A stretch of 64,000 nucleotides of DNA from NCBI GenBank assembly GCA_902765855.1, contig CACXBF010000002.1:216225-280224 (forward strand), in the 5' to 3' direction. Of the stretch, positions 9,192 through 18,805 are shown one piece after another. This DNA is from an uncultured Ruminococcus sp. Lineage in GTDB: Bacteria > Bacillota > Clostridia > Oscillospirales > Acutalibacteraceae. The first letter of the stretch is position 1, and each line of letters opens with the position of its first letter. Made by a program: the position numbers and the translations under genes. The notes below the pieces were generated by a model. It was not told the DNA's origin. It made no database searches and was given only the letters and a program-made list of their open reading frames with translations.

Positions 9192-10712
9192 TTATTGTGC
9201 AGTATCAAGCTCAATTATTTTTCCGTCAAATTTTTTCTCATAAGTTGATAAAGCATTTCGAACCATATTGAATAGCACTTCATAAATACCACCATATTTT
9301 TTGAGCGTGCAAACACTTCTATAAGAATAGCTAAGGTGTTTACAACCCTCAGCCTTTTTGCCGTATTTAAAATCGAGCATAGCAAGCTGATAAAGAGTAT
9401 ATGAATAAGAGTATATAAGTGAAATTTTTTCAGATTCCATATTCAGTTCTTCCTTCATTATATCTAAAGCATTGTTATAGGAAGAAATAGCAGACTGATA
9501 CATTCTTGCTCTGAAATAAGTGTCAGCAAGATTTACATAGCATCTTCTGCGGACAGATAAAGCATATTTGTCAGATTTAAAAATTTCATTATCCGTATAT
9601 TGCTTAATTTGTCTAAAAGCAAGTCTTGCTGTTTCAATAGCCATACCTTGCTCATCAAGACATTTTGAAAAAATCATACTAATATCAGTATATATATCAC
9701 TGATTTTATTTGAACGCTTAAAGCCTTCCTCATAGTCTGACCATATATCAAGTAGTTTATATTGTATTTCAATGGCCTTCATATACTTTTGCTTTTCGCA
9801 AAGGACAAGACTTTGGGTAGAATAAAGAATATCTATAATGTCGCAGAAATCATTAAAGCTATTTTCTTTTATACGCTCGCAGAAAGAAAGACCATTTTCA
9901 ATAGCTTTTTCTGTGCTTTCATAGTCTTTAGCCTCAAGAAACGCTCTGCCAAGAATACTATATGAATTTGCGATATATTTAATTAAATCTTTATTATCAC
10001 CGTATTTTTCAGAAATCTCATTTAATATATCCAAACATTTTTGAGTTTGCCTGATAGCATCATCAATCTGATTAATTTCAAGCATAATTATAGCAATATT
10101 TATGTTATTTACCGCAATTATCATACTGTTTTCATAGCAATTTTCGGGTTGATTCTCAAGAATATCTGAAGATTTATTAAAATAAGTAATAGATTTATCA
10201 GGGGCAATATCCTGATAAGCATAGGCAATTCTGCGATTAAGAAAAGAAACCCATTTATAATCTGGATTTGACTCATTTTTAAGTAGAAGCTTTAGAGCGG
10301 TTTTAGCATGGCTAAGAGCTTTAAAATCCATATTTAAAGCGGAATAGTGTATAGCTAAATCTGAATATACTTCCCAAATATCTCTCCAGAATTCATTTCC
10401 TCCAGCTTCCTTATATCGCTTTGCAATTTTCAATTCTGCATTGCGAAATTTAAGAGCATTAAGATGATTTTGGAATTTCCCTTCAAAAATTTCAGCAAAA
10501 TCACAAACAATTTCCGCCAAATCATATAAGTATTCTAAAAGTGAATGATTTGATAAATATGGATTATCGTCAATATGCAAATGATTTATTTCAGTATATA
10601 TTTCTTGAATATATAGTTCTATTATTTCTTGAGTAGGGGGAGTATCCTGTTGATGAATTTCTTCAAGAAATTCATTTAAACGCTCAATTATCATACCATA
10701 TTGCTCATTCAT
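9192..10712 (-). CDS. Large all-helical TPR-like repeat protein, function unknown
   Basis: 506-aa ORF with repeated ~34-40 aa amphipathic helical units rich in Y, A, L and N. No HTH, TM or enzymatic motif seen. Monocistronic. Confidence 0.6.
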   Translation of the reverse strand: MNEQYGMIIERLNEFLEEIHQQDTPPTQEIIELYIQEIYTEINHLHIDDNPYLSNHSLLEYLYDLAEIVCDFAEIFEGKFQNHLNALKFRNAELKIAKRYKEAGGNEFWRDIWEVYSDLAIHYSALNMDFKALSHAKTALKLLLKNESNPDYKWVSFLNRRIAYAYQDIAPDKSITYFNKSSDILENQPENCYENSMIIAVNNINIAIIMLEINQIDDAIRQTQKCLDILNEISEKYGDNKDLIKYIANSYSILGRAFLEAKDYESTEKAIENGLSFCERIKENSFNDFCDIIDILYSTQSLVLCEKQKYMKAIEIQYKLLDIWSDYEEGFKRSNKISDIYTDISMIFSKCLDEQGMAIETARLAFRQIKQYTDNEIFKSDKYALSVRRRCYVNLADTYFRARMYQSAISSYNNALDIMKEELNMESEKISLIYSYSYTLYQLAMLDFKYGKKAEGCKHLSYSYRSVCTLKKYGGIYEVLFNMVRNALSTYEKKFDGKIIELDTAQ

Positions 10713-11255
10713 TATAAATTCTCCTTATTGTTCTTTCGGATTTCGGATTTTCATATTCTCGGTTTTTAAGTGATAAATTTTCAAATACATATATAATTAA
10801 TTGTGTAAACTTTTAATGATAGAATATTAATATAAAAATGACTTTTTATAAGTTGAATAAAAGTAGAGTTCTTACATTATTATACTTACTTTTAACGAAT
10901 TGGTCAAGATAAAAATCATTAAATTTCATATAAAAACGCAAAAAGGCCACCAAAAAATAATTTTGGTAGCCAAAAGTGCAGTATAAAGGGATTTTTTGGT
11001 ATATTACTATATTAATAAATTAGTCCTTTATACTATTTATTTTAAAATCAAAAGTCTTTGTTGTATTATTTTAAAATTTAATTTTTCAAATAGAGAATAA
11101 ATATAAGTGCCGATTTTTTTCAGAAATTACTGTACAAAAGTGACTTTTTATATCTGTGCGTATATAACTATTTATTATATCGAATTTTGTAAGAAAATAA
11201 CACAATTTATGTAAACTGCATTATATTATACTTATATGTGGTTTAATTTTCCTGA

Positions 11256-12317
11256 TTAAGAATTTTGCCAACTTTTAATCATTCTTTCATACATTTCTGG
11301 CAAATCAACATCACTTTTCCAACCAAGTGAACGAATCTTTTCTGAGGAAAGTTTCATTTTTACAGATGGTGCATAGCCAAATTTCAATGCATCTTCTGGA
11401 ATATCAAAAACAACAGAGATTTTTCCACTCTTTTCTGCAACCATTTGAGCCATTTCTGCTATGGTCATATTTGTGTTTTCATTTGTGATATTATAAGCTG
11501 TGCCATTTTCGCCACGAATAAGTATATATAATATTCCAAGCACGCAATCACGAGTGTAGCAATAGTTTCCTGTAGATTCTCCTTTTGTATGAAGAACAAT
11601 ATCCTCCTCATTTATAAGGCTTCTCGCAAACTGTGCGAAAACTCTTGTTTCATCCTTGCTTACTCCGGCACCAAAGGTCTGGGCAAGACGAGCCATTTTA
11701 ACAGGAAGATTATATTCGTGAGCATAGGAAGCACAAAGGCACTCGCACATTCTTTTTCCCTCAGGATAACAACTTCTTACATTAAGTACATCTACATAAC
11801 CGTAATTATCTTCGCTCACATATGGCAGAGAAGCATCAGGAGAGCCGTAAACCTCCATACTTGATATATAAACAACCGATTTAACATTGTTTTCTTTAGC
11901 AAGCTCTAAGATATTTCGTGTGCCATCAACAGCAACACAGATTGTTTCAACTGGTTTAGTGACCATTTCTTTAGAGTTAGTAACACTTGCACAGTGAATT
12001 ATGTAATCAATTTTATATTCAGTCTGAATTTTTTTAAGAACATCTCCGATAACAAGTGAAATATCTCCACGCTCAAGAAGTTCGCCAAATACAGTTTTTG
12101 CTTTTTCAGGATTTCTTACAAGAGCAAGAATTTTCATATCAGCATTATGAATACGGTTTATAGCTGCAAGAGCCTTTGCAGTATAAGAACCGACAAGTCC
12201 TGTCGCACCTGTAACGAGGATAGTGGAATTTTTAAGCTTATCAATATCAGGAAAAGAGTTTGCAATATAATCCAAATCTTCTTGTAAAATATAATCTTTA
12301 GTTTCAAATGTACTCAT
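11256..12317 (-). CDS. NAD-dependent epimerase/dehydratase (extended SDR)
   Basis: Rossmann motif VTGATGLVGSY near the N-terminus and a YxxxK-type region (SCYPEGKR). Length 353 aa. Confidence 0.85.
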   Translation of the reverse strand: MSTFETKDYILQEDLDYIANSFPDIDKLKNSTILVTGATGLVGSYTAKALAAINRIHNADMKILALVRNPEKAKTVFGELLERGDISLVIGDVLKKIQTEYKIDYIIHCASVTNSKEMVTKPVETICVAVDGTRNILELAKENNVKSVVYISSMEVYGSPDASLPYVSEDNYGYVDVLNVRSCYPEGKRMCECLCASYAHEYNLPVKMARLAQTFGAGVSKDETRVFAQFARSLINEEDIVLHTKGESTGNYCYTRDCVLGILYILIRGENGTAYNITNENTNMTIAEMAQMVAEKSGKISVVFDIPEDALKFGYAPSVKMKLSSEKIRSLGWKSDVDLPEMYERMIKSWQNS

Positions 12318-12383
12318 TTATTTAATTCCTTTCAACCTTAATTTTATAAATTTATTATATCAATCTGTGTTTAAATATGCAAC

Positions 12384-12905
12384 TCATATAACGATAATCT
12401 TCATACTTTCCATAATGTTGATAGCACTTTCTAAAAGCTTTTCATTTTCACTTGCAATACAACTTCTATCAACTATAATTTCAGAACTAGGGCAGGCTGT
12501 TTTAGCTATAACAGCATTAGCAAGAACACATATATCAGCCGAAACTCCGGCAAGCTCAATCTTTTTGAAATCTTTCTTTCTAAGATATTCAAAAAGTTCC
12601 ATAGATGCAAAACTTGATTTTATAAAGCAAGGGTCATTTTCTTTGCATAGTTCATTTATTTCGCCGAATAATCTCCATTCGTGGTGTTTACCTACGCATT
12701 TTTTTGCAGAATATAGCTTTCCGCTAAACTGATAAAGCACTTTATCTTTATGCGTATCAAGCGTAAAAGCAATAGTGGCATTATCCTTACGATACTCTTT
12801 GATTTTCTCAGCAATATTATTTTCTATATTTTCAGCCTGCAAAAAACCGAACTTGCCATTGACAAATTCGGTTTGATAATCTACTATAATTAAAATTTTT
12901 TTCAT
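12384..12905 (-). CDS. Isochorismatase-family cysteine hydrolase (nicotinamidase-like)
   Basis: IIVDYQTEF (catalytic Asp region), FIKSSF (Lys) and GVSADICV (Cys) match the isochorismatase/PncA triad layout. Paralogue of 50232..50750. Confidence 0.75.
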   Translation of the reverse strand: MKKILIIVDYQTEFVNGKFGFLQAENIENNIAEKIKEYRKDNATIAFTLDTHKDKVLYQFSGKLYSAKKCVGKHHEWRLFGEINELCKENDPCFIKSSFASMELFEYLRKKDFKKIELAGVSADICVLANAVIAKTACPSSEIIVDRSCIASENEKLLESAINIMESMKIIVI

Positions 12906-13009
12906 AAGCCAAACCCTCCCATTTCAATTATTTTATGAAGGAGGTAAGCTAATATTCACAGCCATTGTATATATAATTGTCAATGTTTATTTCTTTAAGT
13001 TTAATGTGC

Positions 13010-13038
13010 TTGCAAAACCACATAGTGCAGAGTATAAT
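13010..13038 (+). promoter_or_regulatory. Sigma-70-type promoter of the serine acetyltransferase gene
   Basis: TTGCAA, 17-nt spacer, TATAAT. It lies inside the ORF-track N-terminal extension, which argues for the ATG at 13075. Confidence 0.6.
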
Positions 13039-13074
13039 GTTAAAAGATATACTTATAGATTGGAGATGCACAAT

Positions 13075-14031
13075 ATGACAACAATAGAAAATGAAATAGT
13101 AAACTTAGTTGATGATATTATCGCAGACTATGACAAAGGTCGTTCTATTGATAAAATCAACACTTTCAGTCAGCCTGATAAAGAGGTTGTTATTGATATT
13201 GTAAATAAGCTTCAGAAAATCATTTTTTCGGGCTACTTCAAGAATAAATCCTATCGCAGTTATACTTTAAAGAATAATGTTACAATGCTTCTTGAAGATG
13301 TTCTCTATAATCTCTGCAAGCAAATTTCATTAGTGCTTAAATATTCCAAAGATTATAAAGACCTCAATGAAAGCAGTCTTTATGCGGAATCTCAGAAAAT
13401 TGCTCTTACATTTCTGAAAAAAATACCTCATATAAGAGAATATATAGAAACAGATGTTCAGGCAGCATTTGAGGGTGACCCTGCAGCATTTAATAAAGAG
13501 GAAATTATTATCTCATATCCTGGACTATATGCAATATTTATAAATAGAATTGCACACGAACTTTATAAGCTTTCTGTGCCGCTTATTCCACGAATGATGA
13601 CCGAATACGCTCATAGTAAAACAGGTATAGACATTCACCCAGGTGCAGAAATCGGAAAATATTTCTTTATCGACCACGGAACTGGTATAGTTATCGGCGA
13701 AACTACAATTATAGGCGATAATGTAAAGGTTTATCAAGGTGTCACTCTTGGTGCATTATCTACAAGAGGTGGACAGAAGCTCAAGAATAAAAAGCGTCAC
13801 CCAACAATCGAAGATAATGTAACAATCTACTCTGGAGCATCAATTCTTGGTGGAGAAACAGTTGTCGGCAAAGATGTTGTTGTTGGCGGTAATGCTTTTA
13901 TTACGAAATCTATTCAAGCTGGGGCAAGGGTAAGTATAAAGAATCAAGAATTAAGCTGTAATTATGATGCGGAACACCCTGTTGAAAGGGCAGAGCTTGA
14001 GCAAGACGAAAGCTGGTATTATGTTATATAA
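13075..14031 (+). CDS. Serine O-acetyltransferase (hexapeptide-repeat transferase with long N-terminal helical domain)
   Basis: GIDIHPGAEIGKYFFIDHGTGIVIGETTIIGDNVKVYQGVTLG is the SAT/left-handed beta-helix signature. Start chosen at ATG 13075, 9 nt after GGAG. Confidence 0.85.
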   Translation: MTTIENEIVNLVDDIIADYDKGRSIDKINTFSQPDKEVVIDIVNKLQKIIFSGYFKNKSYRSYTLKNNVTMLLEDVLYNLCKQISLVLKYSKDYKDLNESSLYAESQKIALTFLKKIPHIREYIETDVQAAFEGDPAAFNKEEIIISYPGLYAIFINRIAHELYKLSVPLIPRMMTEYAHSKTGIDIHPGAEIGKYFFIDHGTGIVIGETTIIGDNVKVYQGVTLGALSTRGGQKLKNKKRHPTIEDNVTIYSGASILGGETVVGKDVVVGGNAFITKSIQAGARVSIKNQELSCNYDAEHPVERAELEQDESWYYVI

Positions 14032-14089
14032 GTTTATATATTGAGCAATTATTGATTTAACTATATTGACAAAGCGAATATGATATGCT

Positions 14090-14121
14090 AAGATAACAGT
14101 GTTATATAACACTGTTATCTT
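14090..14121. promoter_or_regulatory. Perfect 32-bp palindrome overlapping the tetR promoter -10 (candidate TetR operator; may also act as a terminator hairpin)
   Basis: AAGATAACAGTGTTAT / ATAACACTGTTATCTT. Candidate promoter TTGACA (14066..14071), 17-nt spacer, TAAGAT (14089..14094). The palindrome is followed by a T-run at 14121..14127. Confidence 0.6.
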
Positions 14122-14142
14122 TTTTTGAAAGGAAGTGAATCG

Positions 14143-14763
14143 TTGTCCATAGATAAAAATACGAAAAAGCGTATCGAAGAATCAGCTATTAAGGAATTTA
14201 TGGAAAAGGGCTTTGCAAAGGCTTCTTTAAGACAAATAGTTAAGAATGCAGGTCTTACAACCGGAGCATTCTATAAATATTATCCTACGAAAGATGCTTT
14301 ATTTGCGAGCCTTGTAGAACCATATGCCAATAAGCTTTACTCCATATATGATGTTACAATAGAGGATTTTCAGAGTCTTCCTGCAAGTCAGCAACAGAAA
14401 AATATGATTGAAGCATCATCTGGTGGAATAACAGAAATGCTTGAGTACATTTATGAGCATTATGATAATTTCAAATTACTTCTATGTAAGGCAGACGGAA
14501 CACCATTTACTTCGTTTATACATAATCTTGTTGAGCGAGAAGTAAAATCAACTGTCAAATTTATAGATGATATGCGAGCATCTGGCGTTGAAATTCCTGA
14601 AATAGATGTGGAATTTGTCCATATGATTACCAGTGGTATGTTTTTGTCAGTATTTGAGATTGTTGCCCACGATATGCAAAAGGATATTGCTATTAAAAGG
14701 GTACAAAAAATCAAGGAGTTTTATACAGGCGGTTGGGAAAGAATGTTAGGATTTTCATTTTAA
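14143..14763 (+). CDS. TetR/AcrR-family transcriptional regulator
   Basis: N-terminal HTH (FAKASLRQIVKNAGLTTGAFYKYYPTKDALF). TTG start at 14143 follows GGAAGTG. The ORF-track start 14125 is also possible. Confidence 0.85.
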   Translation: MSIDKNTKKRIEESAIKEFMEKGFAKASLRQIVKNAGLTTGAFYKYYPTKDALFASLVEPYANKLYSIYDVTIEDFQSLPASQQQKNMIEASSGGITEMLEYIYEHYDNFKLLLCKADGTPFTSFIHNLVEREVKSTVKFIDDMRASGVEIPEIDVEFVHMITSGMFLSVFEIVAHDMQKDIAIKRVQKIKEFYTGGWERMLGFSF

Positions 14764-14881
14764 ACTTTGCCTGTCAGAAATAGTAACATTGAAATAAACC
14801 TCGTATCTATAAAAGCAGATACGAGCAATTTATTCATCAAAGGTTAGCTATTTCTAACTATTTTAAAAAAGGAGAATAAAA

Positions 14882-16636
14882 ATGCAAAAAGAAAAATCCT
14901 CTCTTAGCTGGATAATGCAATGGGCTGGTACACATAAAGTTTTGTATATAGTAAGCGTTATTCTGGCAGTATTCAATGTTATTTTTAAGATGATACCATA
15001 TTTCATAATAGGAGATATAATATCTAAGCTTGTAAATGGAGAAAATAATCTTAATACATATCTTATCGAAGTCGCTTTAATTGCCGCTTCATTTGTAGTT
15101 GCAGAGATATTCCATTCTATTTCGACTGCACTTTCTCACAAAGCAACATTTACAGTTCTTGCGGCAATACGCAAGGATACTTGTGATAAGCTTTCAAGAG
15201 TTCCTCTTGGATATGTCAAGGATATGCAGTCAGGAACATTAAAAAATATTATGGTAGAAAGAATAGACAGTATCGAAACAACACTTGCACATATCGTTCC
15301 TGAATTTACATCGAATATTATTCCGCCGATATTTGTAGTTGTTTATCTTTTCATTATAGATTGGCGAATGGCTTTACTTTCTTTGGTTACAGTTGTCTTA
15401 GGATTTGCTTCAACCTTTGGTATGTTTGTTGGTTATGAAGAAAATTTCAAAAACACAATAGTTAAAACAAAGGCTCTTAATGATTCTGCAGTTGAATATA
15501 TCAACGGAATTGAGGTTATAAAGGCATTCGGCAAGGCCGATTCTTCATATGAAAAGTTTACAGTTGCTGCAAGAGAAGGTGCAGATGCCTTTATAAACTG
15601 GATGAGAAAGTGCAATGTTTTCCATTGTATTTCATTCGTGTTGACGCCATATACTTTGCTTACAGTTCTTCCGTTTGGTGCGATGTTCATTATGAATGGT
15701 ACACTTTCTGTCGCAAATTTCATTATGTGTATAATTCTTTCACTCGGAATAGTTGGTCCGCTCTTGACTGTTACAAGCTATACAGATGATTTAGGCAAGA
15801 TGGGCAGTATTGTAGGAGAAGTAACAGGAATTTTAACTCATCAAGAGCTTGACAGACCTGAAAAATCCAGAAAAAAGCCTGCTGATGCTTCAGTTAAGTT
15901 AACAGATGTAAGCTTTGGTTATCACGAAAAAGAAGTTCTACACAATATAAATATGGATATGAAGTCAGGAACTATAAATGCTATTGTAGGACCTTCCGGA
16001 AGCGGTAAATCTACGATTGCAAAGCTTATTGCGTCTTTGTGGGATGCAAATAGCGGAAAGATAGAAATTGGCGGTGTAAATATCAAAGATTTATCGCTGA
16101 AAGAATACAATAAAAACATTGCTTATGTTGCTCAAGATAACTACCTCTTCAATGAAACAGTAAGAGAAAATATCCGACAAGGTAATCTTAATGCAACAGA
16201 TGAAGAAGTTGAAGAGGCTGCAAAAAAGAGTGGCTGTTACGACTTTATAATGTCATTGGAGAATGGTTTTGATACAGTTGTAGGTGGTGCAGGAGGTCAT
16301 CTCTCCGGCGGTGAAAGGCAAAGAATTTCCATTGCAAGAGCTATGCTTAAAAATGCACCTATCGTAATTTTAGACGAAGCAACGGCTTATACAGACCCAG
16401 AAAATGAATCTATTGTTCAGGCATCAGTTGCAAAGCTTGTAGAGGGCAAAACCTTAATAGTAATTGCACATAGACTTTCAACGATTACTGATGCAGATAG
16501 AATCTTTGTTGTCAATGATGGCAAGATAGAGGAACAGGGAACACATAATGAACTTCTTACAGAAAATGGACTTTATAAAAAGATGTGGGAAGCTCATATA
16601 TCCGTAAAGGATAACGGAGGTGAAGGCAATGATTAA
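14882..16636 (+). CDS. ABC exporter, fused permease/ATPase (heterodimer subunit 1)
   Basis: Six-TM N-terminal domain, Walker A GPSGSGKST, signature LSGGERQR, Walker B ILDEAT. Confidence 0.9.
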   Translation: MQKEKSSLSWIMQWAGTHKVLYIVSVILAVFNVIFKMIPYFIIGDIISKLVNGENNLNTYLIEVALIAASFVVAEIFHSISTALSHKATFTVLAAIRKDTCDKLSRVPLGYVKDMQSGTLKNIMVERIDSIETTLAHIVPEFTSNIIPPIFVVVYLFIIDWRMALLSLVTVVLGFASTFGMFVGYEENFKNTIVKTKALNDSAVEYINGIEVIKAFGKADSSYEKFTVAAREGADAFINWMRKCNVFHCISFVLTPYTLLTVLPFGAMFIMNGTLSVANFIMCIILSLGIVGPLLTVTSYTDDLGKMGSIVGEVTGILTHQELDRPEKSRKKPADASVKLTDVSFGYHEKEVLHNINMDMKSGTINAIVGPSGSGKSTIAKLIASLWDANSGKIEIGGVNIKDLSLKEYNKNIAYVAQDNYLFNETVRENIRQGNLNATDEEVEEAAKKSGCYDFIMSLENGFDTVVGGAGGHLSGGERQRISIARAMLKNAPIVILDEATAYTDPENESIVQASVAKLVEGKTLIVIAHRLSTITDADRIFVVNDGKIEEQGTHNELLTENGLYKKMWEAHISVKDNGGEGND

Positions 16637-18365
16637 AATATTGCATAAATTCTTTAATTTTTGCGGAAAGAATAATAAAAGAAAGTTTCAGATTTCTATT
16701 TTTCTGGGAGCTATACAGGCACTTTGTGAGGCCATGAAAATTCCGGCAATAATGATTATCTTAATAGCTATTATGAATAATAGTCTTAATACCGGAGTAA
16801 TTTTCACAACTCTTGGAATTATGATTGGCTCTATGATTATAGATTTTATTACAAGAATGCGTTCTAATATGCTTCAGACTGAAGCTGGCTACGGTGCAGC
16901 AACATTTAAAAGAATTGAAATAGCACAGCATCTCAGATATTTGCCTATGGGATATTTTAATAAAAATAGTCTTGGCTCAATAACTTCTGTCACAACTAAT
17001 ACTATGGAGAATCTTGGAGATATTGCAACAAGAGTTGTTATGCTTAGTACACAGGGAATACTTAACACAGCATTGATTCTTGCTATGCTTATTGTCTTTG
17101 ATTATAGAATAGGTCTTATCGGCACAGCAGGTGTTATTGTTTTCCTGATAGTCAATACGCGTATGCAGAACGCAGGAAAAAAGCTTTCAAAAGATAAGAT
17201 TGATTCAGACCATACTCTCGTAAGTGAGATTATAGAATACATACAAGGAATTTCAGAGGTTAAATCTTATAACCTTGTAGGCTTACAGACCAAAAAACTC
17301 AATAAAGCTATAGATAAAAATGCTAAGATAAATACTAAAATGGAATTTGCATTTATTCCGTTTATGACGCTTCAGGTCTGTGTAACAAAGTTAACAGGTG
17401 CAATTATGATGATAAGTTCTATTGCACTCTATCTTAATGGAAAAATGGACTTAATGATTTGCATAGGTATGTCAATTTGTGCATTTATGCTCTATTCAAG
17501 CCTTGAACAAGCCGGAAACTACTCTGCACTTCTCCATACTATTGATGTTTGCATAGATAAAGCACAGGAAATTCTCGACCTTGATACTATGGATATAGAT
17601 GGCAAGGATATTCAGCCGGAAAATCATAATATAGATATAGAAAATATAACTTTCTCCTATGATAAGAGAAAGATTATCGATGGCATTACTTTACACATTC
17701 CTGAAAAAACAACTACTGCAATAGTCGGACCAAGCGGTGGCGGTAAAACTACTCTCTGTAACTTGATTTCAAGATTCTGGGATGTAAACAGTGGTGAGAT
17801 AAAGCTCGGCGGAGTAAATGTTAAAGATTATAGTATGGATAGCCTTATGAAGAATTTTAGCTTTGTTTTTCAGAATGTTTATCTCTTTGCCGATACAGTA
17901 GCTAATAATATTAAGTTCGGCAGAGAAAATGCAACTATGGAAGAAGTTATAGCTGCGGCTAAAAAAGCTTGCTGTCACGATTTTATAATGAGCTTGCCAA
18001 ATGGTTATGATACCGTTATCGGAGAGGGCGGTGCAAGTATTTCAGGAGGCGAAAAGCAAAGAATTTCTATTGCAAGAGCAATTATGAAGGATTCGCCGAT
18101 TATAATTCTTGATGAAGCGACAGCAAATGTAGACCCAGAAAATGAAAAAGAACTTGTAGACGCTATTGACGCACTTACAAAAGAAAAAACTATAATTATG
18201 ATTGCACACAGACTTAAAACTGTTCGTAATGCAAACCAAATTGTAGTTGTTGATAAGGGCAAGATTGCACAACTTGGTACACACAATGAGCTTATGAGTC
18301 AGGACGGAATATATAAACGCTTTGTAAACGCCAGAGAGCAGGCTACAAGCTGGAAATTAAAATAA
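16629..18365 (+). CDS. ABC exporter, fused permease/ATPase (heterodimer subunit 2)
   Basis: Walker A GPSGGGKTT, signature ISGGEKQR, Walker B ILDEAT. ATG 16629 overlaps the upstream stop by 8 nt. Confidence 0.9.
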   Translation: MIKILHKFFNFCGKNNKRKFQISIFLGAIQALCEAMKIPAIMIILIAIMNNSLNTGVIFTTLGIMIGSMIIDFITRMRSNMLQTEAGYGAATFKRIEIAQHLRYLPMGYFNKNSLGSITSVTTNTMENLGDIATRVVMLSTQGILNTALILAMLIVFDYRIGLIGTAGVIVFLIVNTRMQNAGKKLSKDKIDSDHTLVSEIIEYIQGISEVKSYNLVGLQTKKLNKAIDKNAKINTKMEFAFIPFMTLQVCVTKLTGAIMMISSIALYLNGKMDLMICIGMSICAFMLYSSLEQAGNYSALLHTIDVCIDKAQEILDLDTMDIDGKDIQPENHNIDIENITFSYDKRKIIDGITLHIPEKTTTAIVGPSGGGKTTLCNLISRFWDVNSGEIKLGGVNVKDYSMDSLMKNFSFVFQNVYLFADTVANNIKFGRENATMEEVIAAAKKACCHDFIMSLPNGYDTVIGEGGASISGGEKQRISIARAIMKDSPIIILDEATANVDPENEKELVDAIDALTKEKTIIMIAHRLKTVRNANQIVVVDKGKIAQLGTHNELMSQDGIYKRFVNAREQATSWKLK

Positions 18366-18390
18366 TAAATTTAGAAAGGTGCAACTGCCT

Positions 18391-18588
18391 ATGTCTGATA
18401 CTAAGACTTTAATCAATGGTGTCCCTGAAACAATGTTGCAGACGCTCTATGCAAGAGCAAAGGAATCACAAAAGGAAAAACATTGTATTTATGATGAAAA
18501 AGCGATAGAGATTGTTTCTAAGCTAAACTATGATTTTTCCCTTGCCGATAAAGACAAAAGGTATGGAAGTTTTTATGCCTATATATAA
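18391..18588 (+). pseudogene. N-terminal remnant of a class I SAM-dependent (LCM/TcmP-like) methyltransferase
   Basis: GVPETMLQTLYARAKESQKEKHCIYDEKAIEIVSKLNYDFS resembles the first ~60 aa of ~270-aa O-methyltransferases. The ORF stops after 65 codons and only ~217 nt of non-coding DNA follow. Confidence 0.45.
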
Positions 18589-18725
18589 AATTATCGGCAA
18601 AATTCCGTTTATTAAAAATCTATCAAATAAGATATTAGTTATGGAAAATATGTGATTATATTCTATGATTAAAAAATTTAGTTGATTTTTCATAATATTA
18701 CCCTATCCCATTTACAGCTTTCCCC

Positions 18726-18754
18726 TTGCATAAGTGAAAAACTCGTTATATAAT
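18726..18754 (+). promoter_or_regulatory. Sigma-70-type promoter upstream of the SEDS gene
   Basis: TTGCAT, 17-nt spacer, TATAAT. Confidence 0.55.
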
Positions 18755-18805
18755 AATGTTTACAAATGATAGACATTACCTATAATAAATGGGGAAGGAG
18801 TTTAT

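Noticed and set aside
13006-13074. ORF-track N-terminal extensions: 13006 for the acetyltransferase, 24219..24278 for the permease, 35054..35074 for DUF5685, 40307..40324 for YfcE and 42483..42497 for proA.
   Set aside because: In each case an internal start has a proper Shine-Dalgarno sequence and matches the usual family N-terminus. At 13006 the extension would begin upstream of the gene's own promoter. At 35054 it would begin inside a leader hairpin.
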